A stretch of DNA of 62,431 bases, counting the filler, from Asterionella formosa (Eukaryota), in NCBI GenBank assembly GCA_002256025.1. It is 22 parts of 22 records of this genome, joined end to end, with 100 filler letters (N's around TTAATTAATTAA, not from the genome) between each part and the next. Parts side by side here need not be neighbours in the genome. Positions count along the whole stretch, not along the records: positions 6,878 to 33,281 come from NKIB01001724.1; positions 33,382 to 34,999 come from NKIB01001725.1; positions 35,100 to 36,717 come from NKIB01001726.1; positions 36,818 to 38,435 come from NKIB01001727.1; 18 more parts are not named here. One strand, given 5' to 3'. This document shows, one piece after another, positions 26,398 through 38,277 of this stretch. Both the position numbers and the translations under genes were made by a program. The notes under the pieces are model-generated. The model made no database searches. It was not told the DNA's origin and saw only the letters and a program-made list of their open reading frames with translations. The number at the start of each line of letters is the position of its first letter. The stretch's first letter is position 1.

Positions 26398-28293
26398 ATG
26401 AAGACCGAGGAAGCACCCGAGTCAGTCGAAAGCAGTTCCGAACCTCCCAAAAAGAGGCCTCGGCCAATGCCGCTGTCGGTCGCCGCAGACCTTCCACCCT
26501 CCGCTCACTATGAAGTCTCGTACATGCATCGTGAAACGCTCTCCCATTGCGTCACCTCTCTCAAACACGGTTACTGTATGACAGCATCAACTGATGGGAT
26601 CATCAAGTTCTGGAAACGAGTCTCAAGTGCATCGGACGTTGCGGAACGTTGTTTGGAATTTGTAAAGTCCTTTACGGCTCATGTAGGACCAGTCCTGGCC
26701 TTGACTGTTGACCGGACTGCTGATACCATGGCAAGTGTAGGAGCGGACGGGGTGCTGAAATTATTCGATGTCAGTACGTTTGATGTAACTGGGATGATTC
26801 AGGCAACTGCCGGCGATGCGAAGGAGCTGATTGTGCTGGGAAAGCAGGCATGTTTTATCGGCCCGTCACAGCAGTTGGTAGCCGTATCGCTGGCGAACTC
26901 GGGAGAAATATATGCTTATTCTACAATCACACTTTCGAATGAACCAGTCAAGATCGTTAAACTGCACGCTGCTCCCGTTACAAGCATGACGTACAATACT
27001 GTCCATGACTGTGTAGTGTCCGCTGACTATCGAGGCATTTTGGAAGTTTGGGATGCTTCAAATGGCAAGCTTGTCCAGGGCACCAACTACACATCCAAAA
27101 CTGATACATCGTTTTACACATTGATAAAGCACAAAACCTTTGCTGTTGCTATTGCCATGTCACCAACAGGAAACCACTTTGCTGTCTACGGAGCAGACCA
27201 CAAGGTGCGATTGTACGACCATGCGTCAGGGAACATTGTTGTCACCTATGATGAGCGCACCAAAGTTTATGACAAGTCATTTGAATCATACCAAATGGAT
27301 GCAATTGACTATGGAAAACGGGCCGCAACTGAACGGGAAATGGCTCAGGAATCTGTCATGACAGGAGGCTTGGCGGATAATGTCCTAATTGACTGCCATC
27401 AATTGCTGCAATTGGCCTTTGATAGCACTGGAAAGATACTACTCATTCCGACCCTGGTTGGTATTAAAGCCATTGAATGGGCAAGAAACAAGGTTGTACG
27501 CATCATTGGTAAGGGTGACGCTGCGTCTTTGCGATTCTTGAGCATTTGTTTATGCAGTGGTGATGCCAAGGTTAATCAACAAATGTTACTCGCCCGAGGT
27601 GCTGGCTTGGGCAAAGCAATTGATCATGAACACAAACCAAAGTCAGATACCATCCTGGTAGCACTCGCATACAAGAAGCGGCGATTGTACGTATTTTCAC
27701 ATACTGACCCAACAACAGAAGCAGGAGAGGAACAAACCATGCGAGATGTTTTGAATGAACCACCTGATGCTGAAGATCGCCTTGTCATGGACCATGCTAC
27801 AGCACAGCATCAGTCAAATACTTTGGGAACAGAAGCTATTTTGCGAACCAGTATGGGTGACATTCACATTAAATTGTTTCCACAAGAAGTTCCACGAACC
27901 ACAGAAAATTTCTGCACCCATGCTAGGAATGGGTATTACGACAATGTCATATTCCATAGAATCATAAAAAGTTTCATGATTCAAACAGGTGATCCTCGAG
28001 GTGATGGGACTGGTGGAGAATCTATTTGGGGCGGAGAATTTGAAGATGAATTCGTCCGAGACCTTCGACATGATCGACCATTTACAGTGTCAATGGCCAA
28101 TGCAGGGCCAGGCACAAATGGGTCACAGTTCTTCATTACAACAGTCCCAACACCATGGTTGGACAATAAACACACTGTGTTTGGGAGAGTAACCAAGGGA
28201 ATGCAAGTCATCACTGCCATGGAAAATGTCAAGGTGGACGAGAATGATAAGCCATTGGAAGAGATGTGCATTCAAAGTATTGATATCCTGTAA
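26398..28293 (+). CDS. PPWD1: WD40-repeat + cyclophilin peptidyl-prolyl isomerase (PPWD1/CYP71)
   Basis: YEVSYMHR, TASTDGIIKFWK, DYGKRAATERE and RDVLNEPP, with a C-terminal cyclophilin [35 protein letters not shown]. Confidence 0.95.
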   Translation: MKTEEAPESVESSSEPPKKRPRPMPLSVAADLPPSAHYEVSYMHRETLSHCVTSLKHGYCMTASTDGIIKFWKRVSSASDVAERCLEFVKSFTAHVGPVLALTVDRTADTMASVGADGVLKLFDVSTFDVTGMIQATAGDAKELIVLGKQACFIGPSQQLVAVSLANSGEIYAYSTITLSNEPVKIVKLHAAPVTSMTYNTVHDCVVSADYRGILEVWDASNGKLVQGTNYTSKTDTSFYTLIKHKTFAVAIAMSPTGNHFAVYGADHKVRLYDHASGNIVVTYDERTKVYDKSFESYQMDAIDYGKRAATEREMAQESVMTGGLADNVLIDCHQLLQLAFDSTGKILLIPTLVGIKAIEWARNKVVRIIGKGDAASLRFLSICLCSGDAKVNQQMLLARGAGLGKAIDHEHKPKSDTILVALAYKKRRLYVFSHTDPTTEAGEEQTMRDVLNEPPDAEDRLVMDHATAQHQSNTLGTEAILRTSMGDIHIKLFPQEVPRTTENFCTHARNGYYDNVIFHRIIKSFMIQTGDPRGDGTGGESIWGGEFEDEFVRDLRHDRPFTVSMANAGPGTNGSQFFITTVPTPWLDNKHTVFGRVTKGMQVITAMENVKVDENDKPLEEMCIQSIDIL

Positions 28294-29059
28294 AGAGAAT
28301 AATTTTTTATTCTTGTGGACCATCCATGGACCATTACACAAGAATTCAGAGCTGACTTGTTCCTGGTACACTAGTTTTGAAGGGGCACCCTAGTTCATAG
28401 CTATACAGTTAAAGATGCACTAACTTAATTACATTTGTACAGTGTCAAGCGGCAGATGCGTCGCTGCCAATTCAATTGCTATCCTACTAGTATTATTGTG
28501 TCCATGTGGCTTGCATGCATTCAATGTTCACATATACGCTGCTGGTGTGGGGTGATCACATCATCTATCTATTTTTGGTAGACATGTGACAAGGTACTAT
28601 AGTCTAGCTATATGCATCCTTGCTTGAACAAACCATCTGCATCATTCAGTAGCTATAGGTATACCAGGCACAGCATCAACTTTTCCCAATGATTTGGATT
28701 CAAAGTAGTACCAGTCAATGTTGTCACCACTTTTGTATACTTTTGGCCAAACCACATTCCAATTTTCAATGTGAGTTTCGGTTTAATGGAAAAATGCGTT
28801 TTTTTTTAATGAGTTGCACACTAGAAGCGAACATAAACTCTGTTTTCGTAATTAAAAAAAAAGAATCAAAAAAACCGATTCGACATGGTACATCTGCCCA
28901 CCGGGACATTGGCTACCTGGTGGTACCAGGTACCGGTATGTATGATCGTAACAAATGGTTGATGATACTGAACGAGATTGGCCATATTGCAATTGCAAAA
29001 ATATAAACAGTGACGAGGAGGGGTACCGGTAGGGTCTAACATACCGGTATGTGTGTGTT

Positions 29060-29155
29060 GTACCAGGTACCAGGTACCAGGTACTGGTGGTAGACGACTA
29101 CTTGGAGTACCAGGTACCGTACCGTTCCCCTGGTACCTGGTACCAGTACCGGTAC
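29060..29155. repeat. Dense CCWGGTACC array upstream of the 14-3-3 gene
   Basis: gtaccaggtaccaggtaccaggtactgg...gtaccaggtaccgtacc...cctggtacctggtaccagtaccggtac. Confidence 0.85.
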
Positions 29156-29434
29156 TGTAACAGAAAGCCATCGACAACTGTTCGTGCAAGAAGGATACTA
29201 CCTGGTACCGTAATCCTTACCGTTATGCGGTTTATACTTAGGTATACACACAAAGGTGGTGCGGGAAACCAGCTGCACCGCAGAACAACCGTTACCATGT
29301 ACCGGTACATCATGATGCATCCGGGCAGCAGAGGTGATTTAGAACTTAGAAGTGCACAATTTAGATTGCCAACAGTCATAGTCACCAAACCCCGAGTACC
29401 GGTACCTTAAAACCCGTTTCAACAAAGCAACATC

Positions 29435-30320
29435 ATGGACCGTGAATCTCTTGTGTACAAGGCCAAGCTCGCTGAGCAGGCTGAGCGTTTCGATGAGATG
29501 GTTTCCGACATGAAGGACGTCTCTCGTCAGCCTCAAGAACTCACCGTCGAAGAGCGCAACTTGCTGTCTGTCGCGTATAAGAATGTGATTGGATCTCGTA
29601 AGTAGAATGCAGTACTTCATGTACGCGCATGGTACTTCTGTCGCCATTCCAGGCAACTAACAATGCTGCCGTCGCCCTCCGTCGTTGCTAACTCTCCTCG
29701 GACTGCGCTGCGTCACGCCGCTCTTTGCCTCAGGCCGCGCCTCTTGGCGGGTGGTGACTTCCATCGAGCAGAAGGGAGAGCCCGACAAATTGTCCATCAT
29801 TAAGGACTACAAGTCGAAGATCGAGTCTGAGCTCGTCGATATCTGCAACGACATTCTGTCGATCATTGAAGAGTCGCTCATCCCCAACTCTACCTCGGAA
29901 GAAGCCAAGGTCTTTTATTACAAGATGAAAGGAGACTACCATCGCTACCTCTCGGAATTCCAGACTGGCGACGCCCGAAAGGCATCTGCCGGGGCCGCAC
30001 TCGATGCATACCAAGCTGCGTCGGGTATTGCCTCCAATGACCTTCCTCCCACCCACCCTATCCGTCTTGGTCTTGCCCTGAACTTCTCAGTCTTTTATTA
30101 CGAAATTCTCAACTCGCCTGACCAGGCATGTCAGATTGCCAAGGCTGCGTTCGACGACGCCATTGCCGAACTTGATACCTTGAACGAGGAGTCATACAAG
30201 GATTCCACTCTTATTATGCAGCTTCTTCGTGACAACTTGACCTTGTGGACATCGGATCAGACTGCAGATGCTGATGGCGGTGCTGATGGACCAGAGGCTG
30301 CCGAAGAAACGGCGGAATAA
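29435..30320 (+). CDS. 14-3-3 protein; exons 29435-29597 and 29734-30320
   Basis: [42 protein letters not shown] across a GT-AG intron 29598-29733. Also [23 protein letters not shown] and [20 protein letters not shown]. Confidence 0.97.
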
Positions 30321-31094
30321 GCTCGTTGAGTTTGTGGCCCATTTTTATTCTTTTTTATTTATGTTCTTGGGAGAAAGTAGTTTTAACAATTCAACAAGCT
30401 CATCAGTTCTCACCATTCTAGAGGTCAGCCTAACTTTGCAGATTCCAATAGTCTACCTTGAATCCGATCGTGACCAACATAGAATTGGAACTTTAATCAT
30501 CGTGCATGGAATGGCTTTAATTTTAAAACCATCGCTCATTTTCAAACTAATACGGGGATGCTGGCAAGCTATGGAATGGTCATCCACTCTTATTATCCAT
30601 CCTTGTATGACCTTCAAATAATGCACACTAGGGAAGTTAGTCCATGTCGCAGAAATACAATGTACATTCTAGAGCTACACCATTAAATGATGTTCAAGCC
30701 CACTTATTCACATGTAATCCTTCCTGCAACGAGTATGACGACCGACTTCCTACCGAAACCTAAAGTCGACCCAGTCAGCCATGCTGGTTTGTTTTCAAGA
30801 CCATGGAAACAACACACATATTCAGCAAAGAAACATGAACTCAAGAGGCATAATAACATGACTTGGCCTACAGTTGTGGCACCAGGTATACCTAGGTGAC
30901 GAGAATGGTTTGAAATGGACTCCTACAATCGACATCGGAACTTCGTTGCTACTATTATGATGAAGATCTAGACTACGGTACATGATCCAAGTCCCTTACC
31001 CTACTTGAACCCCCTGCATTCATGTTCAATCAGTCGCAGCTAGACTACATCATATTTCATATAAAATTTAGCATAAGCAAGTCGAAGGAGTTCG

Positions 31095-31904
31095 CTATTC
31101 TACCTTTGCGGCACCTTTCTCCTTTTTAATTTCACCGCAGTCCTTAATAATCAGCTTTTTCGACGGCTGTCCCACTCCCGAACCACATGCTTCCATTGCC
31201 TTGATAACTTCAAAACCTTCTTCGACACGTCCAAACACAACATGCTTGTTGTTCAACCAGTGCGCCGCTGCCGTTGTAATAAAAAACTGTGATCCATTAG
31301 TATTGGGCCCCGAATTGGCCATGGACAAAAGTCCAGGGCTGGTATGATTGATATGACCAATCTCCCATTCATCATCAAATTTATTTCCATAAATGGATTC
31401 ACCACCAGTACCATTGCCTCTAGTAAAGTCTCCTCCTTGACACATGAAACTCGGAATAACCCGATGAAAGTGACTACCCTTGAAATAGAGGGGTTTGCCA
31501 CTAGTGGGTCCAATGCCCTTTTCCCCAGTGCAGAGGCAGCGGAAGTTTTCGCATGTTTTGGGAGTCACAGTCGTAAATAATTCCATAACGATGCGCCCTG
31601 CTGCATTATCGCCAATGACGATATCAAAGTACACGCGAGGGTTGTCTTCCTTGGTAGCATCGGCCAGTTCAACTAGTTTGGTATCTGGTTTGCCTCCATC
31701 CAAACCCAAGAACCCAAGCACAATCAATAAAGTGACTGCACCAAGAATGACTTGTTCGATTCTTGACAATCCACTCCAAAAGGCATTCATGTTGTGGAGA
31801 ATTCCCTCGACGAAACCTAACTCATCACTAGCAGCAACAAACGTGGGAACTACGACAAACAGAGCCACAACGAGACAAGAGCGCATACTGCAGTTGCGAA
31901 ACAT
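31095..31904 (-). CDS. Cyclophilin-type PPIase with N-terminal signal peptide and transmembrane segment
   Basis: [39 protein letters not shown] and [10 protein letters not shown], plus two hydrophobic N-terminal stretches. Confidence 0.92.
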   Translation of the reverse strand: MFRNCSMRSCLVVALFVVVPTFVAASDELGFVEGILHNMNAFWSGLSRIEQVILGAVTLLIVLGFLGLDGGKPDTKLVELADATKEDNPRVYFDIVIGDNAAGRIVMELFTTVTPKTCENFRCLCTGEKGIGPTSGKPLYFKGSHFHRVIPSFMCQGGDFTRGNGTGGESIYGNKFDDEWEIGHINHTSPGLLSMANSGPNTNGSQFFITTAAAHWLNNKHVVFGRVEEGFEVIKAMEACGSGVGQPSKKLIIKDCGEIKKEKGAAKVE

Positions 31905-32645
31905 TGGATAGAAGAGTGCCTTTGGTTGATTGTCTGAATAAGCGAGCGAGGAACACGAGGCTGTTGAAGCAATGAACTAACAAATGGATTTGTTGTGTAC
32001 AAGTGCGTTTCGGTCGTCGTTAGTAATAACAACGGAAAACTAGAAAACTAATTTCAGCAATGACAATCAAAACCAAAAAAAACTGTCAACATACCCGCTG
32101 TTTGCATGACATCCGACCTTGTTACCCTGGTACGACGTGCATACCCCTGTCCTCGGCTGTCGTGATAATGATCCTAACAACATAATGAAAACAGCCATCA
32201 GCATCAGCACAGGCTTTCACGATGCTGACCATAGTCAGCTTAACGGTTAATTGTTGCCGTTATAAAAATTGCTCTCCATATGTATTGGGTATGTACCAAC
32301 AACCATTATACCGGTATATACCAGGTACCTGGTACCTGGTGCCGGTACCTGGTATTGCATTTGTTACATGCATGGCCTGTAACTTTCACAAGCAACAACG
32401 TTATCTAAACTTGTTACCTGTTAGTGATTCTATCGGCTTGCTTCGTAGAATGCAAACCTACTGCCCCTCCAAATTATTTAGTAGTACAGAATACGGGAAA
32501 TGACGATTACATACCGGTAACATGATACAAAAGACCTTAAAATATTACTAGTACCGGTATATGGCTGATGTTTGATTGTTCAGCCTTCAGCTAGGAAACA
32601 CCAGCCCAGTCGTAAGCATAATATACCAGGTAACCTGGTACCTGG

Positions 32646-33281
32646 TGAAGTATCTAACTAGAAGTAGTAGTATTTGTTGAATATATGAGCTTATTTGTTA
32701 ATCCTTGTGTGTAACTCGTTCTCCAAGTCGACACCAAAGTATACAATGAGGGTTAGTCGAGTTCTCTCATTATTGAGTTCTTATACATACATGATATAAC
32801 ACTAACCCTATATACATCTGTATTGATGCGCAAGATCGCTCACTCTCCCACACCAAGGGAAAACCTTTTACCTTTGAAAAGGTTTGATGTAATGGATATT
32901 AATTCAGTCCGTAGTATGCATAGTTTGTTGAAAAGTAACTGGACCATTGGCATATACTTGAATAAATAGAATAAGGACCTCGTCCATGGTTATCCAAGGT
33001 AGTAGGATTATCCGATAGGATTAAAACCTCATCAACAACCTTGTAATCGCAAGAACGACGACGGAAAGTATCACGACGTAGTCATTTGTCAATTATCACT
33101 TATCGACATTGATATCCCAATATCAATTACATATCTATAATCAAATCATGTTGTAAAACCCATGTTCCTGGTGAAAATACACAATGTACTATAAATAGTA
33201 GCTCGAGCTGCATATGATGCAGCAAACTGGTATCCACAATATTCTGAACTTGAAATTCCTTGATTGGAGGATGAGCCTTTA
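32646..33281 (-). mobile_element. Degenerate Ty3/Gypsy 3' end: integrase tail, polypurine tract and 3' LTR (32646-32842)
   Basis: The reverse complement aligns with about 51150-51786 (integrase end, GGGAGAG tract, TGAG...TTCA LTR). Confidence 0.88.
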
Positions 33282-33599
33282 NNNNNNNNNNNNNNNNNNN
33301 NNNNNNNNNNNNNNNNNNNNNNNNNTTAATTAATTAANNNNNNNNNNNNNNNNNNNNNNNNNNNNNNNNNNNNNNNNNNNNGAAATTCTTGACTATTATT
33401 AGAATGGGGTTCTGTCCCTATTGAGGCTTCAAACCTGTTTTCTAAAAATTCTAAATCTAGTAGTGATTAGTTTATTTTACTATTTTCGTTCATTTCAATA
33501 GAATATTTTACTTCAATGTACCTAATATGTATGTTGTTTCAAACTCATCATCTTGAAGTGAGGTGAGTGCCACCCATGGAATGATTCTACGGGATGTTG

Positions 33600-34895
33600 A
33601 ACCACTTCACTGAGATACCACATCAGTTCGGTAGTACTTAAGAACCGACAAAGGATGCTCTCCACTACATATTCCAGAACCAAGGTTTCTTTCCAATCCA
33701 TTGCACAGGATCCGCATCCTTCTCCGCCCTGCCACCCTGAAATTCAATGGCCCAGTCAGTGTAGTAGAGCAACCTTCCAAAGCAGATCATTGTCTCCGAC
33801 TAAAGATATATTGTCGTGGAGCATGGATTAAAAACCGGAACCTCCCTCTAACCAAATTCACGGAGTCCTCCAAAGCACCAATCAACCACTTGTTTGGTTG
33901 CCACAACTACTGATAGGAGACAAAGTGTCCTGAAAAGGGAAAAATTGTTAGTAGTGGAAAATTTTATCACAAGGAAAATCCGTTTATACAAATGGTCAAA
34001 TGTTTATTTTGCAATAAAAGTCGACGAAGGCAAAAAGCTCCTTTGATTGTATTGTCCCTTTGATACACAGATGAATGAGGGAATGAACAATGCAGTATCG
34101 CGACGATATCCAAAGAACAAAGTGTTTGCAGGATCTGGTGGACCAAAATACAGGGTTAGTTGCATCAGTTGCTGGACAACAAACACAAGGAGTCACAAAG
34201 TACAAGAAAGATGTTTACAAACAATGTGCAATGGAAATGTCTCAACTGCAAGAATCATTTTGGAGACAAAAGGACTAGCAATGGAACACAGTGCAGGCTG
34301 CAAAGCGCAATTCAATGGAAAAGGAAAAGAAATAAGAAAATATTTGCTGCATGATTTGAAAATGTCAAACAAGAAAGGCACAACAATAAAACTGTAAAGA
34401 CTTAAAGCTTTGGGGTGGCGTTGTTAGAAGACCAAGTTCAGGAGGCCACAACGAAGAACAATGCAAATGCACAATGCAAACATTGTGGCTGGAATTATCA
34501 ACAGAGAAAAAGCAGCACCCTCTTTCCATTCTTTCAAGGCAAAGCGAATAATAGTAGTACTGGTACTCATATGGTACTAGCATATACACTACCAGCCTAC
34601 ACCCCGAAAATAATACATGTGCATCCAATGTGGTTGGCGTAAGTTTGCAATGCCCTGCAGATCATTCAATCAAATGGAGGTTAATTCACGTTGACCAATC
34701 AATCATATTATATATGTGGAAGCGGACACTTACAATGGAATTTTTTGGACAGGAGATTTTAGAACTAAAACTTCTGGAGCACGACTACTATTCCGATGAT
34801 GATGTTTCGGCTCATAGTCATTCTGATCCCGATATTTTGCTTGGTGACCGTAAAAAAGCCATTGGCTGGGTCTTGAGGCGATTTAGATACATAAG
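33600..34895 (+). mobile_element. Degenerate Mutator-like transposase C-terminal region and element end
   Basis: Fragments PRFLSNPLHRIR, HLFGCHNY and DTQMNEGMNNAVSRRYPKNK resemble the TQxNESxN..PK motif of Mutator-like transposases. The 3' non-coding end recurs inverted at 46055-46400. Confidence 0.6.
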
Positions 34896-35421
34896 AACAT
34901 TTTAAATAGCATCAGTATGTCAACAATGACAATCAACCTAGCCAACAACTTTTAGACACACCATTTAGAAGTTTTTGAGTGACTATATAGACCAGCAGAN
35001 NNNNNNNNNNNNNNNNNNNNNNNNNNNNNNNNNNNNNNNNNNNTTAATTAATTAANNNNNNNNNNNNNNNNNNNNNNNNNNNNNNNNNNNNNNNNNNNNG
35101 TGATCATAATGGTATATAAAATTATATACAATTATAGATAAAAATTTAAGTACTGCTGTGACCCATTACCGGCAAATTTTGTCCACATTAAAGGGTTCGT
35201 ATCTCAGTACCTCGACCTTCAATGAGAATACCGACAGATCCACAATCTGCTGACTCCTTTGGTTAACAAGACCTGGAAGTTTGATTCTCGCAAGGTATGG
35301 AAAAGGTGTAGTCGAACTAATCAAACGAATAGGAGAACTCAGTGGGTCACAGCAGTTCTTTACTGGTACTAGGAAGCAGCTGCAGTAATTTGGCTGAAAT
35401 GGATGAGGTGGTGACACAGGA

Positions 35422-36309
35422 TGTCAACAATATAGCATCAATGGCTATAATGAGTCACAAGGACTGTGGACTCGACTATAGTCCAATGAGTCAAATTGTG
35501 CATTCCCATGTCAATAAAAGATTGCTAACAAGATTGATGTCTCAGATCAATCAGAAGAAGGTTTACATGAACGAAAAGGGAACACGAAGAACAGGTTCTT
35601 GAAGTGTGATGAATGGGATTGAAACTAAGTTTTATTTTAAGCTTATAATTTAAAAAAGTGAGAATTGGCAGAGTAAGCAAGGTTAATAGCAAAAACTAGC
35701 ACAAAGGCTAGCAGCAGAAAGAAGATAACAATACTAGTACCAGTAGTGGTACAACAGGTAACACCTACATAAGAGGAAACCCATCAGACAGGAAGGAGTA
35801 CTAGACCTTTTAACACACTTTAAAGTGGAACTTTGAAGGCCACAGGCTACTCAGGAATGATGAGAAGTGACAAAGACACATCAGTGAGGTTGCCAACATT
35901 CAATGGGCAAGATGCTAAATGGCACATGTGGAAAGCAAAGTTTCTTGCATATGCGTGCTACAAGAACTTTCAAGGAATACTTAATGGTGACAAACTACCA
36001 AGAGGAGAGAAAGACCTAAACAGCGATATGATTGTGTTGTCGGATGCTGACAAGAAATGCATCCGAAGGAGCAACATAGTTGCTTACGCAAGTTTGCACA
36101 TACCAGAGTGGGCCATTTGGACACATAAATAGTGCAAGAAGTGCCAAGTTTCCTAACAGCAATGCTAAAGAAGCATGGGACAAGCTCATTTCTACGTATG
36201 AGTCAGGCAACATGGCAAACGTCATTGCCTTGTCCCACCAATGGATGAAGTGCACTCTAGGGGAAAATGAGAACCCCGATAGCTGGTATGTGGAGTTGGA
36301 TCATATCTG
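35422..36309 (+). mobile_element. Copia 5' LTR (35422-35815) plus frameshifted gag
   Basis: The LTR TGTCAA...TAACA is homologous to 37899-38277. Gag fragments LPTFNGQDAKWHMWKAKFLAYA and AKEAWDKLISTYE..ENPDSWYVEL. Confidence 0.88.
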
Positions 36310-36717
36310 CATCTAAGACGCCGTTTACGGCACTTTTTCAAATTTATGTCTAAAGTGACGTATTTATGCTACTTTTCTAAAATATTATGCTACTTTTTTG
36401 GGAATTTATTTGGGTCAAACCAAAATTTATGTGTTCTAAAACAAAATTTATTCTACTTATCTAATAATTATGTGATCAAACCAATAATTATGTGAGTTCG
36501 CAACAATATTTTTTTCCAACTAGCCCTCATAACGGTATAATGGCGAAATTACGCGACTTCACGGCAATATTATGCTGGTCTCACCACATAATTAAGTAAA
36601 GAGTAACTAATTTCGATTCAATTATTATTTTTTCCTCTATCACATTTTCCCTTGATATCGACTGCCAAAGAACAAACAGCACAAGCAGTTGTTGGCGCCG
36701 ATATCCGCATCCACAAA
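36310..36717 (+). mobile_element. CATCTAAG-type TIR element end inserted in Copia gag
   Basis: catctaagacgccgtttacggcac resembles the ends at 3081 and 46569. It is followed by AT-rich subterminal repeats (aattatgtg). Confidence 0.55.
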
Positions 36718-36817
36718 NNNNNNNNNNNNNNNNNNNNNNNNNNNNNNNNNNNNNNNNNNNNTTAATTAATTAANNNNNNNNNNNNNNNNNNNNNNNNNNN
36801 NNNNNNNNNNNNNNNNN

Positions 36818-38277
36818 AGAAAGGTATAACGAAAAGTGAAATAGACCCAATGTTGTTTATCTACCGTAACAACGATGGACAAATTGAAGGGCTGTTGGCA
36901 AACTACGTGGATGATGGAATTATTTGTGGTACCAGGAATGCAGTCGACTATATGAAAAATATGATCAAGGAGGATTTTAATATCACGGAACAAGGTCCCC
37001 TACGAAAACACTTAGGTGTGGAATATATGCGCAAGCATGACAAATTTGGAGAATACTGGGAAGTACAGCTGAAGAAATTTCGTACTGAAATGCTACTGGA
37101 ATATGAAATGCTTACTGGTAAGAAGATAAAGTCTTATGCGACACCAGGAGCACCAGGAAAAACATTAGGAGCCAATAATGGAGAAACTATTATGGAGGCG
37201 GAATATCGCAAGATTGTTGGGAAACTATTATGGTCTACTAAGAAAGATTCCCCGGACTGTGCCAATGCAGTACGTGAATTATCTTCGTATTTAAGCTGTC
37301 CAGGCGAAGAACACTGGGATGGAATTTCACGAGTTGTTGGATTCTTATCAAGCAAATTGGACAGAGTTCTCAAGATTCGAAAACCTAAGGAATTGCGGGT
37401 TATTGCTTATGTTGATAGTGACTGGGCTGCTAATAAGGTGAGCCGGAAAAGTACTACGGGTTTTCTGGTTACCATTGGTGGTGCGTTGATCAGTTGGCAA
37501 TCAAAGGGCAAGTCATCCGTTACGCTATCAAGCACAGAAGCAGAATACGTTGCAATGTCGCAATGTGCTCAAGAGATTAAATTTATTGCAATGTTACTCA
37601 ACGAAGTGACAGGTGGCAAAAATATCCTACCAAGCATTTTACATGAGGATAATACAGGTGCAATATTCACAGCGAAGAATCAACAACTTGGAACAAGAAC
37701 AAAACACATTGATATTAAGTTTCATCATGTCAAGAACATGATAGATGAGGGTGAGTTGCATATTGTTTTTCTAAGATCAGAAAACAATCCAGCAGACATT
37801 TTGACGAAGAATGTCAAAGAGCAGATTTTTACAAGGTTATCTGGACCCAAGCTGAGTGGTACAATTTTAGAACTTCTTGAACATGGTAACGAGGAGGATG
37901 TCAAGAATATAGCATCAATGGCTATAATGAGTCACAAGGACTGTGGACTCGACTATAGTCCAATGAGTCAAATGGTGCGTTCCCATGTCAAGAAGCTTGC
38001 TAACGAGATTGATGTCTTAGATCAATCAGAAGAAGGTTTACATCAATGAAAAGGGAACACGAAGAACAGGTTCTCGAAGTGTGATGAATGGGATTGAAAC
38101 TTAGTTTTAGTTTAATCTTATAATTAAGAAACAGTGAGAATTGACAGAGTAAGGTCAATAGCGAAAACTAGCACGAAGGCTAGCAGCAGAAAGAAGATAA
38201 CAATACTAGTGGTATAACAGGTAAGTTTTACGTAAGAGGAGCCCGTCAGACGGGAAGGAGTACGAGACCTTTCAACA
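36818..38277 (+). mobile_element. Copia RT-RNase H, polypurine tract and 3' LTR (37899-38277)
   Basis: YVDD, AYVDSDWA, LSSTEAEY, EDNTGAI, RTKHIDIKFH and ADILTK. The tract GAGGAGGA is followed by TGTCAA...TCAACA. Confidence 0.95.

Noticed and set aside
28689..29410. Small ORFs rich in VPGT/WYLV/YQVP (also 14590, 32222, 53252, 53317)
   Set aside because: They are translations of the CCWGGTACC arrays, not proteins.
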